From assembly GCF_036650535.1 (NCBI RefSeq), contig NZ_JAVVZM010000008.1:16334-80333 (forward strand): a DNA stretch of 64,000 bases, given 5' to 3'. The DNA comes from Chryseobacterium sp. GTDB lineage: Bacteria; Bacteroidota; Bacteroidia; Flavobacteriales; Weeksellaceae. Below, piece after piece: positions 56,294 to 64,000 of the stretch (positions within the stretch are counted from its first letter, which is position 1; each line of letters opens with the position of its first letter). The notes under the pieces were generated by a model. It did not search any database. It saw nothing but the letters and a program-made list of their open reading frames with translations, and was not told the origin of the DNA. The position numbers were made by a program, and so were the translations under genes.

Positions 56294-58792
56294 TTATTTT
56301 TTCATGATTTTTTGATTGAATATTCCTTCTTTAGTTTTGATTTGTAAGAAATAAACACCACTTTTTAAACTTGTCATATCAATTTTTGAAATGTTTCCAT
56401 TTATTGTGTTAACAACTTGTCCGACTGAGTTTGATATAATTACCTGCTCAACTGAACTGTTTTTTGGTGTAGAAATAGTAAGTATAGAATTGACAGGATT
56501 TGGATAAACATTTAATGTTTCTAATCTGTTTTCCTGGGTGGATAAAACTCCTGCAGTATTAAATACTGTTTTAAAATAAAATAGATTGGCAACACTTCCT
56601 TTTGTTATAGTATGTGCTCCGGGAGCAATATTCGGAATTGTTATAATACCTGCTGTAGCAGTATAATTTACATTGTCAAACTTTACAGTGCCGTTAAAAG
56701 TGGGATCAAGAACTAACGTTAAAGTAGAAGTTTGCAAAGTGCTGTACGTTATGGATGTTGCTGATTCTAATTTTAAACGTTTTGTTAGAGTAGCTCCATC
56801 ATAGGTTGCAGCTCCGTCGGTAGAGTTCATGTTTGCTGATGTGAATGTATAAAACGTACTGTTTAAAGCAGATGTAGTAAAATTATGGATTTCGTTACCT
56901 TGAGGGGTTCCCGGCGCAATCACACTAATACTGCCAGTTCCTGAAACTGAGGTCCCGGCTGATCCGACAGTATTTACAGTGAAACTCACATCGTCAGTAG
57001 GATTTCCAGATATCGTCACTGTTTTATTGGTTGTGTTTTTTACGAAACTTACTCCTGAGGCAGGTAATCCAGATACTGTTACATCAGTGGCTGTTCCGCC
57101 CCATGTAAATATCATCGGCGCCATTGCTGTGGCAGTAATCACTGTTTGATCATTATTAGAAGGTATGCTTAATGTCTGTGAACTTACTGTAGGTGAAGCG
57201 ATTCCCTGAACTGAAATAAGAGATGATGTATAATTCTGTAATAATGCCATTAATCCTAAATTGACTGCAGAACTTGTATCATCTCCTGCATTGTTGAATG
57301 TCCAGCTAATATCACCACCAGAAACTCTTCCTGAATATTGCATCGTTTTATCTCTTGCTACAACAGGGCTGTCTACAACCAAAGAATTAATATATAATGA
57401 AGGATTGGTGTCGAAATTGTTATAAGCGGCACTACCTTGTACAGCAGTGATACTACTTCCCAAAACTTCGTTCCTGCTTGTTGCAACATAAGCGTCAAAC
57501 TGAGTAAGTGCCGTTGAACTGTATGGAATAAAAGCGGTCTGGCCGGTCATATAGTTGTTGTGAGCTTTGATCATACCTCCGTTCTCATTAGAAAAAGTTC
57601 CGGGTGCTCCTCCTGCAATGTCTGTACCTTGCTTAGAGATCAACATAGGATATTTACAGTTTCTGAAATAATTACCCTCTACAAATACCGACGAACCTAA
57701 TGTAGATCCTACACCATATTTTGAGTTTCCATCATAATAATTGTTGTAAACATGGGCTGAAAAGAAACGTACACGAGGATGTCTGGAGTCTGAATGGTCA
57801 AACCAATTGTGATGGTAAGTAATGTAAAGATCTGCAGTGGTACCCTCACTTAAACCTAAAAGACAACTCTTCCCATTATCCCAAAAGTGATTATATGAAA
57901 ATGTTACATACGTAGATTTTTTTGCATCAAGGGCGCCATCACCTTTTGCCTGATCGGCATCTGATCCTGGTGCACCGTAAAAGAGATCATTATTGTGAGC
58001 CCATATATAAGTATTGTCTTGCTGCAAACTAAGATTATCTCCCTCAGAAGCATCAGTAAGCATAAACCCTAAGTTACGAACTTCAATATTCGTTGCTGTT
58101 TTTATTCTGATCCCCCAGCCGTTTACCAGCGCATCAGAACCAACCCCTTCAAAAGTGATAGAGCTTGCTGCAATTTTTTTGTTTTCAATCACAATATCTC
58201 CGTTGAGCATATAGTTGGAATCTGTCACATTCCCAATTAATCTGATAACGAGTGGTCGGAAATCTAAACCTTTCTTGAATCCATCTAAAATAGACTGTAA
58301 ACCAACACAGGGATTAGAATTAGCTCCGGTAACATTCATCGAAACAGTGTTTTTGGTATCTTGAGTAATGTATAAAACGACAGCATTTGCTTTTAATGTT
58401 CCATCAAGATTGTATGCTCCGGGTACTCTTCCGTTATGGTGTGCAAATCCGGTTCTGTCGTGTGCTGTTACAGTTATCGGTGCCGATACAGTCGCTGTTC
58501 CGTCTACGTTTCCTATCACAGGAACTACCTTCATGGTATAAACTCCTGGACTTAATCCTAATGCATCTGCTCTATAGTACGAGCCATAATTACGAATCAG
58601 TTGGGTATCGATGATTTGATCAGTAAAATTTCCACCGGTATAATAGACTTTATAGCTATCGGCCCCAATTACGGGTGTCCATTTAATATAGGCGGTCTCC
58701 ATCCAGCCTGTTGCTTGTGTAATAGTTGTGTTTTGTGCTGCTATTTTCAGAAAACTGAAAAAGCATAGTAAATAAGTTAAAAAGTTTTTCAT
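56294..58792 (-). CDS. Pectate lyase (PL1-like) with T9SS C-terminal sorting domain
   Basis: Signal peptide IAA-Q; WAHNN, DGALD and RHPRVRF PL1 motifs; C-terminal VYPNP...GVYFLQI...KIMKK T9SS tail. Confidence 0.9.
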   Translation of the reverse strand: MKNFLTYLLCFFSFLKIAAQNTTITQATGWMETAYIKWTPVIGADSYKVYYTGGNFTDQIIDTQLIRNYGSYYRADALGLSPGVYTMKVVPVIGNVDGTATVSAPITVTAHDRTGFAHHNGRVPGAYNLDGTLKANAVVLYITQDTKNTVSMNVTGANSNPCVGLQSILDGFKKGLDFRPLVIRLIGNVTDSNYMLNGDIVIENKKIAASSITFEGVGSDALVNGWGIRIKTATNIEVRNLGFMLTDASEGDNLSLQQDNTYIWAHNNDLFYGAPGSDADQAKGDGALDAKKSTYVTFSYNHFWDNGKSCLLGLSEGTTADLYITYHHNWFDHSDSRHPRVRFFSAHVYNNYYDGNSKYGVGSTLGSSVFVEGNYFRNCKYPMLISKQGTDIAGGAPGTFSNENGGMIKAHNNYMTGQTAFIPYSSTALTQFDAYVATSRNEVLGSSITAVQGSAAYNNFDTNPSLYINSLVVDSPVVARDKTMQYSGRVSGGDISWTFNNAGDDTSSAVNLGLMALLQNYTSSLISVQGIASPTVSSQTLSIPSNNDQTVITATAMAPMIFTWGGTATDVTVSGLPASGVSFVKNTTNKTVTISGNPTDDVSFTVNTVGSAGTSVSGTGSISVIAPGTPQGNEIHNFTTSALNSTFYTFTSANMNSTDGAATYDGATLTKRLKLESATSITYSTLQTSTLTLVLDPTFNGTVKFDNVNYTATAGIITIPNIAPGAHTITKGSVANLFYFKTVFNTAGVLSTQENRLETLNVYPNPVNSILTISTPKNSSVEQVIISNSVGQVVNTINGNISKIDMTSLKSGVYFLQIKTKEGIFNQKIMKK

Positions 58793-58832
58793 GACGTTAA
58801 TAGTTTAAGTTAATAGCATATTAATATGGCAA

Positions 58833-58850
58833 AATGTAATCGATTGCACT
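58833..58850. promoter_or_regulatory. Candidate LacI-type operator upstream of the pectate lyase
   Basis: AATGTAATCGATTGCACT, a near-perfect palindrome centred on ATCGAT, about 40 nt upstream of the ATG. Confidence 0.5.
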
Positions 58851-59230
58851 AAATATATATAAATAATTAATACAATTAATTGAATTATTAATAACTTAAA
58901 AAATACTTGTTATAATGAATTTTTAATAACCTTTGTTTTGAGTCGGTTTTTCTGTTTTTGAAATGATTTAATTGATAAATAGTTTTTATCTGTATTGAAT
59001 GTTTTGTATTACAACGAAAATTGATTATTTATAGCTTTATTAAAAATTTTTCTTTTTATCTATTTATGAATAGATTTGTTTGAAAATAATAAATAATGTA
59101 ATTGATTTTTCTAAAGAATATTAATTTAATGTTACGGATTTAGACAGATAATCATGAAAATTAGAAATTTTTCTTTTTACTATGATTATCTGCAATGCTT
59201 TTTAACCAATACTTAAAATTTGTCGAGATA

Positions 59231-60172
59231 TTATTTTATACCAAAAATAAATCGGTCATTTCCGCTGAGATCTTTAATAAGCTCACTGTGAGAAAAGTCT
59301 TTGTATAATGCTAAAGTTTCTTGTCCTAACTTCTGATTGATCTCTAAAAATAATAATCCATTTTTATTCAAATGTTTTTTAGAATCTTCAGCAATTTTTC
59401 GGTAGAAAATCAAAGCATCAGAAGTAGGAGAGAATAATGCCATTTTAGGCTCAAATCCCTTTACCGAATCAGCAATCTCGTTATCTTCATCAATCCCGAT
59501 ATAGGGCGGATTTGAAATAATAACATCAAAGTTTTGGTTTAGATCTAAATTCAAATAATCAGCATGAATAAAATTAATTTCAAGTTGATGAAAATCTGCA
59601 TTTTTTTTAGCAACCTCTAAAGCTTTTTCAGAAAAATCGACCGATGTAACTTCTGCTGTAGGGAAATGTTTTTTTAAAACCAAAGGAATAATTCCGCTTC
59701 CGGTTCCGATGTCTAGAATTTTGATGGGAGAGTTGGAGAGTTGGAGCGTTTTAGTGTCTTTTTCTTCCGAAAAATCACGGTTATTGACGAATCCTTCATT
59801 TCGAATCCCGCATCCCGAATCTCGCATCCCGAAAGCCGCATCTCGAATCTTTTTAATCGCAAACTCAAGGAGCTCTTCTGTTTCCGGACGTGGAATCAAA
59901 ACATTTTCATCAACAAAAATCTTCATTCCATAAAATTCGGTTTCACCTAAGATCTGTAAATAAGGTTTTCCGGTTTTTAATTCTGAAATGATTTGCTGGA
60001 ATCTGTTTGCATTTTCATCAGACAATTCTAAATCTGCAGATTGTCTTTGCTGAAAATTATTTAAGCCTAAAATATCTTCGGCAAAGATCTGAAATATAAA
60101 TGCACTTTCAGAATCTATATAAACTTCCGAAAGTGAATCTGAAAAATGCTTTTTAAGTTGTGATAGCGTCAT
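59231..60172 (-). CDS. prmC: Release factor glutamine methyltransferase with a repeat-derived in-frame insertion
   Basis: VLIPRPETEEL, LDIGTGSG, SNPPY and FEPKMALF motifs. Confidence 0.95.
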   Translation of the reverse strand: MTLSQLKKHFSDSLSEVYIDSESAFIFQIFAEDILGLNNFQQRQSADLELSDENANRFQQIISELKTGKPYLQILGETEFYGMKIFVDENVLIPRPETEELLEFAIKKIRDAAFGMRDSGCGIRNEGFVNNRDFSEEKDTKTLQLSNSPIKILDIGTGSGIIPLVLKKHFPTAEVTSVDFSEKALEVAKKNADFHQLEINFIHADYLNLDLNQNFDVIISNPPYIGIDEDNEIADSVKGFEPKMALFSPTSDALIFYRKIAEDSKKHLNKNGLLFLEINQKLGQETLALYKDFSHSELIKDLSGNDRFIFGIK

Positions 60173-60930
60173 TATCTTGTGAAAACGAGTTTAGTACCTG
60201 TCGATTTTTCCTCATCAATTCTGTAGCCTTCATAGTTGAAAGCTTTCACATCATTCAAAGTTTTTGCATTGGTTTCTGCGCAAAATCTTACGACCAAGCC
60301 TCTTGCATGTTTTGTGTAGACAACGATTGTTTTCAGTTTTCCGTCTTTTATTTCATAAAAATCAAAATCGATAACCTGATGATTGAGTTTTTTCCGGTCA
60401 ACCACTTTTATATACTCGTTACTTGCCAAATTCAGAAGAATTTCGTTCTTTTTCATTTCAGAATTAAGTAATTCGGTCACTTTTTCTGTCCAGAATCCGT
60501 AAAGGTTTTTGTAATTGTCAAATTCAAATGGTCTTCCCATTTCAAGACGGTACAACATTACTTTGTCTGAAGGTTTCAACAAACCATACAGACCGGAAAG
60601 TATTCTATAGTTTTTCTGAAGATAATCAACCGCATTTTTGTCTAATGTTTTCGCATCCAAACCACGATATACTTCGCCTGTAAAAGCAAACATGGCGGGA
60701 GCAGATTCTTTTGCGGTAGGCTTAGATTTCCATTTTTGGTTTCTTTCCCAATTTTCGTCTGCTAATTTTGCCGAAATTTCCATTAATTCGGAAAGATATT
60801 TTGGCGATTTATGTTTTAAATGAGATTGAATGAATGCTGCTTCTTCAATGAATTTCGGGGTAGAAGTTCTCAATAGATCTGTTGAGTTTTCTATGTTCAT
60901 TAATTTTGCAGGAGAAGTTATGATTTTCAT
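60172..60930 (-). CDS. yaaA: Peroxide stress protein YaaA
   Basis: SPAK, FTGEVYRGL, LSGLYGLLKP, YRLEMG, NLASNEY and KHARG motifs. Confidence 0.96.
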   Translation of the reverse strand: MKIITSPAKLMNIENSTDLLRTSTPKFIEEAAFIQSHLKHKSPKYLSELMEISAKLADENWERNQKWKSKPTAKESAPAMFAFTGEVYRGLDAKTLDKNAVDYLQKNYRILSGLYGLLKPSDKVMLYRLEMGRPFEFDNYKNLYGFWTEKVTELLNSEMKKNEILLNLASNEYIKVVDRKKLNHQVIDFDFYEIKDGKLKTIVVYTKHARGLVVRFCAETNAKTLNDVKAFNYEGYRIDEEKSTGTKLVFTR

Positions 60931-61634
60931 AAGGTAAGTAAAGATAAATGTTTAGAATCAATAAAATTCATGACCATCATCGAGATAAAATCTATCATGA
61001 AATGGCAGATAATTAGAATTTTAATGTTTGAATATTTTTTATAAAATAAAGCAAATACAATCCCAATAAAAAAAGGAATTACAACCTGACCGATTGTTCC
61101 GTAAGTGCTGTGTAAAATGCCAAATAAAAGTGCTGAAACAACCACACCCAACATCGGACTGTTGTATATTTTTTCAATTCTTGGCTGAATATAAGCCCGC
61201 ATCAATAATTCTTCGATAACTCCATCGGTAAGACAAGTGAAAATGATGAGGAGATAATTATTGTTAAATAAAATTTTGAACTCTAGAAGTCTTTTGCTTG
61301 CTTTTTCTTCGGTTAAGAAAATAATAATTGCATTGAGAAAAGCTCCACCAAATACACAAATAAAGTATAAAGCGATTACAGCACCCAAATAAAATAAAGG
61401 GGGATACTTCTTTTCTTCCCAAATAAAGAATGACCTGTTTTCAATAAAAAAATTATAGACTACAACCAAAATTAAAATCAACCACAGAGAAAGTCTGTCG
61501 TAAAAAAAAAGATCAGCCGTTAAGGTTTTATAATTCAAAAATGAATTAATTGTCGGGATTGAAAATAGCATTGAAGCGGCAAGCAATACGAAAGTAAGGA
61601 TTATGCCTAAAGAATATCTTCCGTTAAGACTCAT
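60927..61634 (-). CDS. CPBP/Abi-family intramembrane glutamic endopeptidase
   Basis: EELLMR, FGILH and ICHF motifs. Confidence 0.9.
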   Translation of the reverse strand: MSLNGRYSLGIILTFVLLAASMLFSIPTINSFLNYKTLTADLFFYDRLSLWLILILVVVYNFFIENRSFFIWEEKKYPPLFYLGAVIALYFICVFGGAFLNAIIIFLTEEKASKRLLEFKILFNNNYLLIIFTCLTDGVIEELLMRAYIQPRIEKIYNSPMLGVVVSALLFGILHSTYGTIGQVVIPFFIGIVFALFYKKYSNIKILIICHFMIDFISMMVMNFIDSKHLSLLTL

Positions 61635-61647
61635 TTTACCAATCGTT

Positions 61648-62259
61648 CTAAATTTCTCCTTTTCCCTGACGAATTATTTCCGGCTCGCCCGATGTAAGGT
61701 CTACAATGGTTGAGGCAATATTGTCTCCATAACCTGAATCTATTACAATATCAACCAAGTGGTCATATTTTTCAGCGATTAGTTCTGGATCTGTAGAGTA
61801 TTCAAGGATTTCGTCATCATCTCTAATGGAAGTTGATGCAATAGGATGTCCTAGTTTTTCAACGATTAATTGTGGAATTGAATGATCAGGTACACGAATA
61901 CCAATCGTTTTATGACCCTTATATGCTAAAGGTAAACTTTTATTTGCCTCCAGAATAAATGTGAATGGGCCAGGAAGATGGCTTTTCAAAAATCTGAAAA
62001 CAGAGGTATCAATAGGCCTGGTAAAGTCTGATAAATGGCTTAAATCATTACAGATAATCGAGAATTTTGATTTCTCCAGTTTCTGTTTTTTTATTTGTGC
62101 CAGTTTTTCCATGGCTTTAATATCAAAAATATTACAGCCTAAAGCATAAATCGTGTCAGACGGATAAATAATCAGTCCACCATTATTCAGGGTTTTAATA
62201 ACCTCATTGATAAGGTTTTCCTGAGGATTGTCGGGATAAATTTTCAAAATTTTTGCCAT
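61648..62259 (-). CDS. Sua5/YciO/YrdC-family protein (L-threonylcarbamoyladenylate synthase-like)
   Basis: YPSDTIYALGC, LPGPFT, IGIRVP, ASTS and STIVDL motifs. Confidence 0.92.
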   Translation of the reverse strand: MAKILKIYPDNPQENLINEVIKTLNNGGLIIYPSDTIYALGCNIFDIKAMEKLAQIKKQKLEKSKFSIICNDLSHLSDFTRPIDTSVFRFLKSHLPGPFTFILEANKSLPLAYKGHKTIGIRVPDHSIPQLIVEKLGHPIASTSIRDDDEILEYSTDPELIAEKYDHLVDIVIDSGYGDNIASTIVDLTSGEPEIIRQGKGEI

Positions 62260-62340
62260 AAACAAATGTACGAATATTTAAATAAATTTCATAAAAGTGC
62301 TTTATTTAAAAGGATTACTTGTGGTTTTGAAATATATTCG

Positions 62341-62348
62341 TATATTTG
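62341..62348 (+). promoter_or_regulatory. -7 element (TATATTTG) of the tRNA operon
   Basis: TAnnTTTG 11 nt before the first tRNA; TTG at 62319-62321 with a 19-nt spacer. Confidence 0.7.
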
Positions 62349-62359
62349 CAATCCAATAT

Positions 62360-62432
<73 letters not shown>

Positions 62433-62471
62433 CTAAGCAAAGTGTTTTCGGTAAACACTATAAAGAAATAT

Positions 62472-62544
<73 letters not shown>

Positions 62545-62583
62545 CTAAGTATAACGTTTTCGGTAAGCGTTTTAAAAATATAC

Positions 62584-62656
<73 letters not shown>

Positions 62657-62695
62657 CTAAGCAAAGTGTTTTCGGTAAACACTATAAAGAAATAT

Positions 62696-62768
<73 letters not shown>

Positions 62769-62807
62769 CTAAGTATAACGTTTTCGGTAAGCGTTTTAAA
62801 AATATAC

Positions 62808-62883
<76 letters not shown>

Positions 62884-62885
62884 AC

Positions 62886-62914
62886 AGGAGAATCAGAAAT
62901 GGTTCTCCTTTTTT
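62886..62914 (+). terminator. Terminator of the tRNA operon
   Basis: AGGAGAATCA-GAAA-TGGTTCTCCTTTTTT. Confidence 0.8.
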
Positions 62915-62992
62915 TGTTATTATGCGAAAGTTTACGGTAAAAAAAATCCCACTTCGAAAAGAAATGGGATTTTTTTATTTTGTTTTAATGGG

Positions 62993-63562
62993 CTAGTTTA
63001 CCAAAGTATCAAATGGAGCCAATTTAAAATCCTCAGATTTTACTTGCTCAAAGTAAGATGCTTTTGCAGTACCTCTTAATTTACCTGCTGCTTTTGAAGC
63101 TGCTGTGAAATCGGTATCGATTTTAGTAGCAATTTCTGTAGGTTTGAAATCTTTTTTTACTGAATCATCCTCTACTCCTAAATATCCATTTTTCTTTGTT
63201 AAATAATTGATGAAGTTATCGTAATTTCCTAAAGTATTTCTGAAATACAACGTGTGATAGTTCATACATTTTGATGCCTTCTTTGATTTGTTGACAATAC
63301 AGCTTGCCATATTTCCTCTGTAAAGGTCAAATTCTAATGCAACGGCATCATATTCTTTTTTAAGAGCAGTTGTACCATTAGTAAGAATGGAATTATCATT
63401 TTGCGATTCGCTTATCTTTTTCAAATGCTCCAAAACTAAAGGAACGGTTCTTTCAATTTTTGATTTTGCTTCTGCAACCGATCCGAAAACTGAAGATGTT
63501 TGTGCTGATGTTACATTAAATATCAACAACATTAAGACAGAAAATAGAGTATATCTTTTCAT
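62993..63562 (-). CDS. Hypothetical exported alpha-helical protein
   Basis: Signal peptide TSA-Q; 189 aa; one Cys pair; no recognised family. Confidence 0.7.
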   Translation of the reverse strand: MKRYTLFSVLMLLIFNVTSAQTSSVFGSVAEAKSKIERTVPLVLEHLKKISESQNDNSILTNGTTALKKEYDAVALEFDLYRGNMASCIVNKSKKASKCMNYHTLYFRNTLGNYDNFINYLTKKNGYLGVEDDSVKKDFKPTEIATKIDTDFTAASKAAGKLRGTAKASYFEQVKSEDFKLAPFDTLVN

Positions 63563-63780
63563 TAGAAATTTTTAAAGCACTAAAATAAATATATTTTCTC
63601 ATTCTGTGCCTATTCATTTTAATTTTATTTAATAAAAATTAACAAGTTTTAAGAATTTACACCCATATTTAGCTTTTCTCTGTTGATTAATAATTGCCTA
63701 TTTTCTATTAATTAAAAATTTAACATATTTTAATATTTCTTATATTGTTGATATTCAGGTAGTTATTTGGTTTTATTTTT

Positions 63781-63848
63781 TATAACTAAAAAAATAGTTG
63801 TTCGAGTTAAAAATATTTCTACATTTGTATAACTAATTTATTAGTGAT
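63781..63848 (+). promoter_or_regulatory. Promoter of the BlaI-like gene with two ACTA-N6-TAGT sites
   Basis: TTG at 63798-63800, 19-nt spacer, TACATTTG at 63820-63827; sites at 63781-63801 and 63828-63848. Confidence 0.55.
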
Positions 63849-63892
63849 ACGATTTTTTTAGTAATTTTATCACAACAATTAAAATTCAGTTT

Positions 63893-64000
63893 ATGATCAT
63901 TCAGACTTTAACAAAAGCAGAAGAACAGGTAATGCAGTTTTTATGGAAACTTGAAAAAGGTTTTCTAAAAGATGTTTTGGATCTTTATCCCGAACCCAAA
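63893..64000 (+). CDS. BlaI/MecI/CopY-family repressor, N-terminus only; runs off the right edge
   Basis: MIIQTLTKAEEQVMQFLWKLEKGFLKDVLDLYPEPK matches the LTxAEExVMxxLW family start. Confidence 0.88.
   Translation, partial: MIIQTLTKAEEQVMQFLWKLEKGFLKDVLDLYPEPK

Overview
AT-rich chromosomal window from a Bacteroidota flavobacterium, most likely Chryseobacterium or a close Weeksellaceae relative. The evidence is TAnnTTTG -7 promoters, porT, a T9SS-tailed enzyme, Gln after signal peptides and the gene order. Most of it is housekeeping: ggt (partial), ubiE/menG, porT, zapA-6S RNA-rny, gcvT, idi, mscL, nnr, lgt, yidD, rarA, dnaA (no oriC signature beside it), an AraC-TolC-HlyD-MFS efflux unit, ferritin, ychF, cls, parE/parC, prmC, yaaA, a Sua5-family gene and five initiator tRNA-Met genes in an A-B-A-B-A array. 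The non-routine parts are: (1) two tandem double-glycine-leader peptides with six Cys and no neighbouring maturation or export genes (10.0-10.65 kb); (2) an accessory block at about 34.4-39.4 kb with an XRE regulator plus a Sau3AI-like C5 methyltransferase lacking its nuclease, a signal-peptide-bearing dikinase-like protein with His-domain-before-ATP-grasp order, and a DUF4956-type membrane protein; (3) an AraC gene with an internal deletion and frameshift; (4) an in-frame repeat-derived insertion in prmC; (5) several families of dispersed intergenic palindromic or heptad repeats. All family assignments come from motif recognition by eye. No database searches were run.
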